Assembly: GCF_001949145.1 (NCBI RefSeq)
Contig: NW_019091361.1
Location: 3,830,148 to 3,894,147, forward strand
Direction: 5' to 3'
Length of the DNA: 64,000 nt
DNA from: Acanthaster planci
Taxonomy: Eukaryota
Shown here: piece after piece, positions 49,960 through 61,360 of the stretch
Position numbering within the stretch: the stretch's first letter is position 1
Layout of the letters: each line of letters opens with the position of its first letter
Notes under the pieces: model-generated
What the model was told of the DNA's origin: nothing
The model's input: the letters and a program-made list of their open reading frames with translations, nothing else
Databases searched by the model: none
Program-made: the position numbers and the translations under genes

Positions 49960-51460
49960 AGGTATGTGAAATGCTTACCTGCAATATAATGGGGGCTTAA
50001 TATAAGACAATGGAGGAGAGACTCACCCTGTATACTTCAAAGTTTCAAGGCACCGACGCCAGAACTGCTTAACCAAACTCTGACCAAACTCTGGATGCAA
50101 TGGGCTTCTGTGTTAGAGGTTGGCAAAAGTAGTCACAGACGACCAGTCTCCCGTTTCCATGATGTATTGAGTTTTTACCCAGCCCTGGTTGATGGGCTTT
50201 GAACATGAAGTATCAATGTCTGCCACTTTGAGAACAGATTTCAACTATCTGAAATGGTCACTGTGGACGGGACTACCGGATGGTAAGGTTTGGAGTATGA
50301 CAGCAAGAGCTGAGTCATGCCAACGTTATACTCTGTCTATTATGAGAAGTACGCTAAGGTATTCCCTCAAGAGTGCGCAAGGGCAGAGGTTTCTATTGGC
50401 TTCGAAACGAACATTCTTAATGTCATGGAAGGATTCGTTGACTGAAACACGTTTAAAGGGTTTTACCAGCCGGAATACATAATTCCCATCCAAAGACCTT
50501 GACATTTGATTTATCTCAATTGCTGTGAGTGACGAACAGCGATAGGCCTAAGCATGACCAACTTGTGAGTTCACTGTCTGATCGATAACCGACGATTGTC
50601 AGGTAAAGACTTGAAATAATTCAACACAGTTGCCACATTCCATGGGAAATTATACCGTGGCTGTGGAGGACGCAAATTTAAGACCTCCTTGAAGAAACGT
50701 CTAACTAAATGATGTTGCCCAAATGGTGTGCCGTCTACAAAGACGTGTACTGAGGAAATCGCCGATCTAGATCATGCATTGAGAGTTCTGTATAGCAACC
50801 CTGAATCTAACAAATGTTGACGAAAAGATAATCATACCGCTACAGTGACTCCAACAGGATCAGCTTGCCTCTGAAGACGCCAGCAGGCCCATCGATTCCA
50901 AGCTGAATCATACTGCCTTTTGGACTGCTCCCTCCAAGATGACATGACTGTGACCGCAAAATGCCCTCTGGAGAGAGATATCCCTGATAGCTTCCACGCG
51001 GCGAAGAACATTAAGTGGATGGATTAGTGGTTTGTTGTCAGGTAACTGGAAAAGATGAGGGGGGGGGAGAATGACAGGATTTTAGACAGCCATCTCGAGA
51101 AGCCTGGGTACCCGGTGTGCTCAAAACAGGGGCGATGAGCACAATGTTTTGGCCTGCTCCCTGCTGATCTTGTTCAAACACTTGGGCAGAAGAGCAAAGG
51201 GTAGAAAAGCGTAAGCCTTTATCTCCTTCCAGTTCAGTAGTAGAGCATCTGCTCCTCATGCCATGGGGTCTAGCTGCCATGACACGAAGGTCTGGAGTTG
51301 GGTACTGATGAGCCGAGTTGAAAACAGGTCGACGTCTTGCGAAAAATTTCTTTTCACGATTCCTGGCCTTATTGAGAAACAGTGTCCTTCACGCCGATTC
51401 TTAGGCTTTATTGCATTCTTTGCTCTTCCATACGTGTCCTTACCATAGTAGTTCACCCTG
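49960..51460 (-). mobile_element. Decayed DIRS1-type tyrosine-recombinase retrotransposon (3' part: methyltransferase-like domain + YR)
   Basis: Minus strand, MT-like domain (about 51340-51130): DVDLFSTRL..QLQTFVSWQLDPMA*GADALLLNWKEIKAYAFLPFALLPKCLNKISREQ. Tyrosine recombinase (about 50940-50105): SWREQSKRQYDSAWNRW..RSAISSVH..GQHHLVRRFFKEVLNLRPPQPRYNFPWNV, LCPCALLREYL, QLLLSYSKPYHPV, LKVADIDTS..KAH, GDWSSVTTFA. Confidence 0.88.
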
Positions 51461-52239
51461 TTTTCACTTTATGATCGGTAACTCTGGTTATGTCAGTGCA
51501 ATCATTTTCATTCATTCATTTTTTTGTAAAAAGTAAAGTAAGTGGTATTAGTGCGCCCTCTGTTGATAGCAACTTGCCACGTCAAGCTTTTTTCACTTCC
51601 CTGACTTCGGCAAGGCGAAATAAGCATTCGGTGTGTGGGTATCTGACTTTTAGGTACGGGTACCGGGTTAGATAGACTTGATGTAATGTACATTGCATTG
51701 TAGATCATGTATACATAAACTGTTAATAATAAAATTTCAAAGCATTCAGAATGGCATTTGGACTGTACTCTTTAATTGAAGCTGCTCTCCTTTGTGTAAA
51801 TGCAGTGGCAGTGCTAAATGAGGAAAGATTTTTGAGCAAAGGTGAGGCTTTAGGTCATGAGATAGAGAAATAACGACATGACATTCTTTGCCGTTGCCAT
51901 TGGGTTTTGTAGTACTATTTAGTAGTATGGGCATGATCATGATGCAGACACGGCACTAAATTTTATAGACAGAACAACCATAACGTGATGACAACGGAGG
52001 CCTAACTTTAGCTTATTTTTTTCAAATAGGCTAGGCCTAATTTTTTTCTGTTTTGTTTTTGAAGTGATCAAGATAGAGTGGAAGCCATAAAAAACATTTG
52101 GATACTATACCATGAACATGCATACTGCTTCTTTCTGGCAGACTGCCTGTGCATCAAACTTCACCCTGGGATATTCACTAGTTCAAGTTTGGCTTAGGAT
52201 TAAGCATGGTAAATGGAATCAGAAATTCAAATAAAGTTG

Positions 52240-52636
52240 GTAAGGTTTACTCATATTTGGGAAGAAATGAGAAATTTACCCTTCAAATCGGAAACACTAT
52301 TGTCATCGAGCTTGAAGTGGCCATCTTGTTCAAATAGTGATTTTTACTCCCACTTGTATGTTAATGTCCTGGAGATGACATCATGGCATACTGGCCCAGT
52401 GGACCTTTCACCAAAAGAGTGCTGTGTTGTTACACTCCTGCTAACTGCTGATTCCCGTATGCTGCAATGTCCGGAGTACAGTTTCGGTGCGATGACACTT
52501 ACCGGACATGTGGCGCTCAGGAATCATACAGTTCAAATTGCTATTTGAATAAGATGGCGAATTCCAGCTCCTCGATGAACATTTTTGAATTGAAGGGGAA
52601 ATTTCTATTTTCTTTCCAAATGTGAGTAAACTTTAT
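52240..52636. mobile_element. MITE with about 100-bp imperfect inverted arms
   Basis: GTTTACTCAYATTTGG.AAGAAA...CCATCTTRTTCAAATAG appears in inverted orientation at 52240-52340 and 52540-52636. Confidence 0.65.
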
Positions 52637-55586
52637 CATCATTATTGGAATCTACATGTATGATTCTCAATTAATCCTAAGTGGGATGCATTAGACAGTT
52701 TAAGCATCATTTTGGAGGTAAATTCAGAGGTTGTGGAATTGAGGTACAAACAAGCTATTTTGAGTGAAACGAATGAATGGGATGGAAAGCCTATGGAAGG
52801 CACTTGGACTCTACTACATGTATCACCAACCATGTCCAAATGTTAAAAAAGGAGACTTGTAGAGTCCAAGTTAGTCGGACTACATGTACATAGGCTTAAC
52901 AGAAATGAGTGGATTTTTACTAAAAACTTTAATATTGATATTTTTGTAAAATCTTTGGTCTTATTTGCCTGTAGAGGTGCACGTCGCAACTCTGGCTGTC
53001 CCTGTATTTTGAGAAGCCCTTTCATTTAGGGACAAAGCCAGTCCCCTGAAAGAGAGTGTCTCCTTAAATAAGGACATTTTTTCCAAGTGGGCTTGGGTCA
53101 AAAATATCCACATGCTATTATCGATTTTTTCCTCCTATATTTTCTTTTCATATTTAATTAATTAAGTTGTTTTATAAAGTTTGTGCCATGTCACTGGGTT
53201 AACTATATCATAAAGAATCGATTTTCAGAAAAATTGTTTGATGTGGTCATTTTCTTATCCTTTATGTGCCATGATTGCAGACTCCTACTTGTAATCCTGA
53301 AAGTAAACGGTAGAATTTTTGTTAATGGCAGTGTTGGGTGTTTTCTCTGTTCTACAAATTGCCTGTTTTATCATTTTGACATAGACGTATGCAGCTCCAT
53401 AAACGGGGCCAGGTACAGGACTGCCTCTCTATCCTGATCCCAACAGATGTGGTGCACAAGCCTTGAAAGTGTGGCAAAATCTGGCCCAAGGTTTGGAGAG
53501 CTAGGTCTCTCCTATTGCATGGTTGTTGCCGAGTCGTCACTTTTTTTCCTTTTCGTTGCCATGCAGTGGGATGGGGAGGTGACCAGAGCGTCGGTGGGTT
53601 TGGTGAAGAGCCAGGGATGAAGGCACAACTCATCAATCTGATCCGGTCCATAAGAATCGTCATGAGAGGTGAGTTGCTTGGGATACATTAGGCAATGCTT
53701 CCAGTGAAGCTTGCCACTCATTGAAATCATCACCTGTTGGCATAGAGTACCAAAGTGATCAACGTCACGTGCACCATTAGGTATGCAAAAGGCTTTAGTG
53801 CGAGAACCAGTGCAGAGACGGACACATCATTTGTTTGCACTGCACTTTTTGGTTCAAAAGGATGTCACATTGCAGTATTCTATACTACAATGCCACGCTG
53901 CAGTCTGGTACAGCGGCCATGCCTCGGCCACTCTCTGGATCTGGATTCATCTCTGCACAGATTACACAAGGTGTGGTTGTTGACGTGCAGTACCACACCA
54001 CGCATCGCTTACCTTTTCTGTCTGTCACTTGTAGAACTGTCCGTGTACAGGTGGATCAAGGGAGGTCAACAGGGTCCATGGCGTGATCCCCCCATTTATG
54101 TTTGTGTTACATTAACAGTGTATGTTATTACGAGAGGACAAGTTGTTGACCGTTTCATTTACCTCAAAGCGTGTTAAACAAACAGTATGTAGCCTCATCT
54201 CTCAGAAAGACCACAAAACCTACCCAAAACCTGATTACTGCAAAAGAATTCACTGCTTTAAAGTCTTGGCAAAGTGAAAAAAATCACAGAGCTCTGAAGC
54301 AGAGAAGTTGCCTGGCCAATGTACATGTAGATAAAAATGGTCCAGCGGGGGACTATTTTTAAGTGCTGCATGGCATTTTTTTGGGCAGGCCACCTGGTAC
54401 TTATCTGCAGTCGACTGATCCAGTTAGCCCCATGCACTCACTGCACACGTGGGCAGTTACCACATGCTTCTCTCCCATGCCACACAGCGTGATGCGGCTG
54501 TGCCGTCATGACTGTCGAGAGGGCGCGCCTTTCAGACTTTTGTGCATGCATGCTGGACATGAAAATGATAGCTATGATCTGTTGAAAAACCTTTGGTGGA
54601 TGTGGGCGAGTAGGGCATAATGGGTCAGTCAGAAGGGCTGATAAGTGGGCTTCAAGTTGACATTCTAGCATTTGTTGCCACAGAAACCATGATTTTGATT
54701 GATGTTGATTGACATGATTATGATTTTGCCACCAGTACTCTGTCATTTTTCCCACATCAAGACATTAGACATGTACTGCTACCTGACATTTTGACATGTG
54801 TCATGCATTTTATTAACCACACAATTCTATATCTCTGTTTGATTCTTATTTTGCAGTGCCGTTGATATTTTTAAACTCGGGCGTCATCGTGCTGAAACTT
54901 TTATTTGGATAACGATGAAGGCCGACATGGAGGCAAAACTGTCCTTGAAGAACTTTATTGGGAGGAAAAAACATCCAAGGGAGGTTCAAGAACTAATAAC
55001 TGAACGTGGCACTGTAGCAAAAGGAGGAAGCCGATTCCAAGAAATGACTTTGATTGCTCAGCAGCAAGGCATAGGGAGGGAATGTTGTGCATGCCTGTAT
55101 GGTAGCATGGACTTGCCAAACTTTGATGAGGTTTGCCTGATTGCAGCTTTGAACATATTGGAAAATGCATTCGGACCATACGGAATGGATTGGGCAGTGC
55201 CAAGAGTAGATCTAAACCAATTTTTTTTGGGGGGGGGGGATATTGGTACTTCAGTACATGTATATTACCTTTTATTTAGAAAAATCGCTTGTCATTGTTT
55301 TGAACATAAAAAATACCAAACTTTGGCCATTGTTATCCTCATCCCTGTCTGTCCTTTGAGAAAACGGCATGCTTCATTGCTTAGTATTAAAAAACCAGGT
55401 CTTTAGACTGCATGCAGTGGGATGTCTCTGTAATAAAAAAAGAGAAGTTGACTTTCTTAGCCTTGTCAATTACAAACAAAATCTAGTGGTTGATTCATTT
55501 CCGTTCATCACAGTTGTGAAGAGTTTTAATTACTACTTAGTACAGGTACTCAAAACATGCACAAAAGGTCTGTATGTTGAAGGTAC

Positions 55587-55762
55587 CAGGGGTGAGAGTT
55601 CTCAGCTTTTTAGCTGATTTCAGCTTTTTTTTTCTTTTGGATTTCAGCTTTTTTTCCGCACTGGCTGTGTACAAAAGTATAGGAGATTTTCATGGTTAAG
55701 CTTCTCTATGCCTTTTTTCAGCTGTTTTCAGCTATTTTGATCATTGGTCAATCTCACCCCTG
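55587..55762. mobile_element. Short MITE with CAGGGGTGAGA TIRs
   Basis: 11-bp perfect TIR, internal TTTCAGCT repeats, flanks AGGTAC/GGGTAC. Confidence 0.6.
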
Positions 55763-58700
55763 GGGTACTTAAACACTGCGAAGTGGTGCATTTTGACAAA
55801 TCAGAAATTCCATTAAAAATTTGCTTATTTAAATTAAAGGATGGGTCTTTCTGCCTGCTTCCAGCTGATCTCTTCTTGATTGTAGGCGTAAAATGGTGTT
55901 TGCAAGATGAGTTGGATTAAAGAGGATTTTTATCATGGACCAGACAGGAAATGCACCTGTACCCAAACTCTTCAGGCACTATACTTTCCTTGGCATTTCT
56001 AGAAAGACAAAACATATTTTCACTTCAAAGAGGAAATGTTGTGCAAGTGCTTTCTTTCTTTAAGCAGAATTGTAACATTAAGCCACTGATTTTAGTAACA
56101 TGAGTCATTTGGCAAAAAGATGGAGTTGAGTCAAGTACATGCATGCAGCTGAAGTTAATTTGAGTTACAAATATTGGCACACAATACGATAAATAAGTCA
56201 TTTTCTTGCATTTTTTAAACTAATCACCTGTTACATTGTGGTCACACCACATCTTTATGATAGTAAATAGTAATATGATAGTAGCATAGTAATATGTGAC
56301 ATGAACATTATGAACCATCACTAACAATTTTTTTCCAAATGAGTTCTTTATTTTGGGAACTCAAGTCTTAACTTTCACTTAAATCTTCTTCAGAGGGACT
56401 GGAGTTGAGTTATTGGCTCATACTGACTCATGTCATTATTTACCCATCAGGACTCGAGTCAATGACTAGTCAAGTCATAGACTCGAGTCATTACAACCCT
56501 GTTGCCAAGTCACAGTGGTTAGAAAACTCGCTGGCTCTCCCTACAAAGCAAAAGATTAATTCCTAAAGTGATAAAAAGAAGAATTCTTAAGGATGAACTT
56601 ATCCACAATTTTTTTGTCTTGTCACCTCACAGTCGTGTTATCCCAATACAGACCTTCCTCTCTTGCCGCCCCTGCCCTTGAAAATATCAATATTCTCCCT
56701 TCATGCGCTTTTTTTCTTTGCCTTGTGCAATCTTTGACGCCAAATTTGCAAATCTGGGACAAAGCATTTTCATGTTACAATTAAGGGTCAAGGTTTATCT
56801 AAAAACTGAAATGTTCAAGGCTTTTGTGCATCAAAGGATGTCATGCAGACCTGTTTAAATGCTTTCCTTTTGGATGTTTTCCCTCTCACCATGAATGTCG
56901 TATCTATATCGGAGCAAACAATGTGAAAACAATTTCAACAATAAAATGTGTTTATTTCAAGTCACCTGGGTATTACGTCCTTGCAATTTTGGCAAATATT
57001 AAAAATATGCCCAAAATATGTATACTTCACTAATTGATATGCAAATAATTAAGATGACAGCACTTTATTATCTACATAAACAAGTTGTTAATAAGTTATC
57101 CTACATGTATCGGCTCACAAATTTCGTGTCAATCAGGCATTTTATCTCGGATCTTGGGGACCCCCCTGAAAACATACTTCTGAAAAGCCTAGTCTGAAGA
57201 GGGTTAAATTGAAAGGTAGGAAATGGGGAATGACAAGAATACAAAATTCACAGGAGAAAGAATATTAGAACTCTACGCAACGATGTAGGAGAAACAATGG
57301 TAAGTGCATTTTGTAACTTCCAAAAACACCTGCTCTCGTGACCCTATTGAGTCATGCTCCTACATAACTGCAAAACAATTTTCCAAGTACAAAACGGAGT
57401 ATAACCGCAAAAAGCTTAAATTGTAAACTTACTACTGATTAATTGAAAAAGGATAAATTTACTAAATTTTATGAATATACTCGCCCAATGCATACATAAG
57501 TTGCAATAATTTAATATTGACCAACACAGCTTCACAAAAGATGTGGTTTTGAAGGTTTTAAAGAGTATTCCAACAATTTCTTGATTTCTGAAATCTACAG
57601 ACATAATACAAGTACATGTACACCACAGTGTGCAGTCTGATGGTGTGGCTTTCTATTTGAGAAACAGAAGCAAAAAAATGACTTCAAACATTCGTGGATT
57701 TCCATCAAAGAACACCCGCCGAAGTGGTTTTCAGCAGCAGTGTAGTATGGGACTCCATCTCAACTGGAGTTCAGACACACGTCCCTTCACAAGACAAGTC
57801 ATTAAGTGACAAGGTGACAATGACAAAGAAATGCTCACTGCCGCAGTTCATTAGAATAGCTTGTGACTTAGCTTAAGACTTGTGACTTGTGTTGGACTTG
57901 AAGGGACTTGTACTTCGCCCCGAGTTGAAGTGCACCCTCTCTGGCGAAAGACAGACAGACTGGTATGAAGTTTCCCAACTGGGTTCTTGCTCGTGTTTGG
58001 TGGACACAAAGACTATGCATTCCAGCATAAATTTGTTGCACAATACTCGACGTGTCCTGTGTCAAACGCACATAACTTTGCGTGCCTGTGGCGGTGAATT
58101 CGCAAAGGACTGTCTCTTTCATTTAAAAATACACTCTTTTTGTTCCAGCTCATGAGTGAATAGGCTGAACTACAATACTTCAGCCATCTCCTTCATTTTT
58201 CAGTTTTGTTAATGTTAAACTAATGTTTAAAACAAACAATCTTCAGTTCTGAATACACTCAGCCACAAAATCAATGTCAATGCCTTAGTTCAAATAGCTG
58301 CTGTACACGTACCTATGAAATAATCATAACTATGGAGTAATTTTTTAAACTGAAGATAGTCAAGATACTGAAAATCTAAGAATACTAAGATCTGCAAGAC
58401 GCTGCTTCTCTTGCAATAATTACTCTAGGGTCTATTGGATTAGGATGAAGGCTCAGTGCTCATATCAGGGAAGTACATGTGAGCTCCTGGATTAATACAT
58501 GTATGTCTGATAAATACTCTTTCAATTCATTTCTACGTATTGGCTCTATGACTGCATATTAATTTCTATACATGCATAAATTTGTTTCTTCATAACCTCT
58601 GGGTGGTTCAATTCAGGCTGTCTTCATTCCAAGATCTAGTCAGACATTTATTTTCTCATGGCGATATTATACAGCATGTTAAAGTTATAAAGCAACTTCA

Positions 58701-59322
58701 AAAGTATTATTTTATAAGATCTTGAACATCTGAGAGAGATTGGTGAGACATTCCATTGCCTAGGCCCAGAATGTTTGAAGTTATATTGAAAGGTAACACT
58801 TGGGGGGCATTCCGTTCAAATTTATATAGACTTATAAAACTAATAATGAGGAAAAGGTTGTTTGAATTATTCAAAATTCTCTTATAGAACTCATAGTCAA
58901 CCAATTTAGGTGAACATGTGCAGAAGCATGACAAACCTCAATAAACCACAGCAAGCATTATCTTTGTCATTAGTAACGGACCATGCAACACCTGCTACAG
59001 AGAAAACAAAACAATTTAATTAATTAAAAATACAAAAATAAACAAAAAATAACAAAACAATGACAGCAGCATTTGCAGGAGTGAAGGACTTTTACAAGTA
59101 ATGGGTCCGTGACAAACAAGGCACTGTTAAAAGATTAAACAAGTGAAGTGACAAAACTTCAAACATGGAACAAAATAATGCAGGCCTCTGAGTACATGTA
59201 CTTGATATACTAAAAAAAAAACAAATACAGCTTTGGAAGCTGTGAAGAAGCTGTAAATATATTTGACCCACTCTGTAGCGATGAGATATAACATATTTTT
59301 AGTAATTTTGTTTCATTTCACC

Positions 59323-60172
59323 NNNNNNNNNNNNNNNNNNNNNNNNNNNNNNNNNNNNNNNNNNNNNNNNNNNNNNNNNNNNNNNNNNNNNNNNNNNNNN
59401 NNNNNNNNNNNNNNNNNNNNNNNNNNNNNNNNNNNNNNNNNNNNNNNNNNNNNNNNNNNNNNNNNNNNNNNNNNNNNNNNNNNNNNNNNNNNNNNNNNNN
59501 NNNNNNNNNNNNNNNNNNNNNNNNNNNNNNNNNNNNNNNNNNNNNNNNNNNNNNNNNNNNNNNNNNNNNNNNNNNNNNNNNNNNNNNNNNNNNNNNNNNN
59601 NNNNNNNNNNNNNNNNNNNNNNNNNNNNNNNNNNNNNNNNNNNNNNNNNNNNNNNNNNNNNNNNNNNNNNNNNNNNNNNNNNNNNNNNNNNNNNNNNNNN
59701 NNNNNNNNNNNNNNNNNNNNNNNNNNNNNNNNNNNNNNNNNNNNNNNNNNNNNNNNNNNNNNNNNNNNNNNNNNNNNNNNNNNNNNNNNNNNNNNNNNNN
59801 NNNNNNNNNNNNNNNNNNNNNNNNNNNNNNNNNNNNNNNNNNNNNNNNNNNNNNNNNNNNNNNNNNNNNNNNNNNNNNNNNNNNNNNNNNNNNNNNNNNN
59901 NNNNNNNNNNNNNNNNNNNNNNNNNNNNNNNNNNNNNNNNNNNNNNNNNNNNNNNNNNNNNNNNNNNNNNNNNNNNNNNNNNNNNNNNNNNNNNNNNNNN
60001 NNNNNNNNNNNNNNNNNNNNNNNNNNNNNNNNNNNNNNNNNNNNNNNNNNNNNNNNNNNNNNNNNNNNNNNNNNNNNNNNNNNNNNNNNNNNNNNNNNNN
60101 NNNNNNNNNNNNNNNNNNNNNNNNNNNNNNNNNNNNNNNNNNNNNNNNNNNNNNNNNNNNNNNNNNNNNNNN
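59323..60172. other. Assembly gap (850 N)
   Basis: Run of N. Confidence 1.
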
Positions 60173-61029
60173 TTTACTGATATTGGCACCCAGATGACAA
60201 GTGATCATTGTGTGGGTGAAAAGTGTCCAGGGGTCTTATTTATTTCCAGACCGCCAGATTCTCTGAAAGGCCTGTAACTCAAAAGCATGGCAACTTAGAT
60301 CCCATTTTTTATAGAGTGGGTCGCATATATGCATATCTAATTAGGCAAGTGGTGTTATTCCAGATTAATACAATTTAATTATTCTCTGCAGGCAAACCAC
60401 ACTCCCAGCAACTGTGCCACAAGGTGTCTCCGATGCCACTGAATGGTCAAGATTTCACTGGAAAATCATTTGTTCTCCGTGAGCCAGCCCTGGGGGTAAA
60501 CACAGGCAAATCACAGAGGGTCAATTCTAATGAACAGGTGGGTATCAACAGCTACATGTGCATGTGAACAGGTGTACCGCAGAGAACTAGGACAAGAAGT
60601 TTTGGTGATAACATTCACATCTGTGGGACTGGTCACAGCTTTCCAGTTGTCTAGGTTTTTGCCCACACATCTGAGGTACATATCCCACAGACCATCAACT
60701 GCACGGCTGAACACTGGAATAGCAACGGAATACACTCAAGGAGGAGAGTTCTGTTTGTTTGCTTAACTTGCAGCTCACACTGCAGCTGCTTTTCCTTTCT
60801 CTGTGCAGGCAGCTTCAAGGGAGCATACCTGTAAGGCCAGGGAAGTTCTTGGAGACAGTGTGAACAGAGGAGGTGCTAATTACAATAGGGCTCTCTACAT
60901 GCAGGTTGCACAATACATGTTGTACGCAGTGTGATAATTGATACACGTAGTTGGAGCACACATGACTTCAGAAGTACAACAGCCATTGGTGCCGGTGTTG
61001 TTGCAATGGATTCGTCTTGGGCACAATTT

Positions 61030-61360
61030 TTCTTCAACTTTTTCTTGTTCTTCAGTGTATGAAGACTGTTTTACTTTCCATGTTTGCATTGAAAAGTGCA
61101 TGCTTTTTTAAACAATGAAAATCATCTATGCTTTCCTGGACAAGTGAGGGCGCTGTTGCTGTGAAGTCCCCCAGGGAAGATATGGTTCAGTGCATGTGTG
61201 TTTCTCTTCAAATTGTGAGCCCAGAATTTACCAACTGAAAACATTTCTCAAAGGAATTGATTCTTTCTTATTGCTCTCTGAGATGACACCATGGCTTTGC
61301 TCATGAATATGGAAATATCATTAGCATAAAAACCAAAAAGGCAGTAAAATACCCTTAGAA
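61030..61360. mobile_element. Internal fragment of the Kolobok-like MITE family (cf. 1583-2136, 20001-20582)
   Basis: Shares GTGTATGAAGACTG, GACAAGTGAGGGCGCTG and TTTGCTCATGAATAT...ATTAGCA blocks. Confidence 0.6.

Larger units (their letters stand above)
32240..49960 (+). repeat. Segmental duplication unit B (paralogous to about 7700-20890)
   Basis: Same colinear blocks as unit A; longer because of additional insertions. Confidence 0.9.

Noticed and set aside
59263..60208. About 300-aa ORFs in the track
   Set aside because: Artefacts of the N gap.
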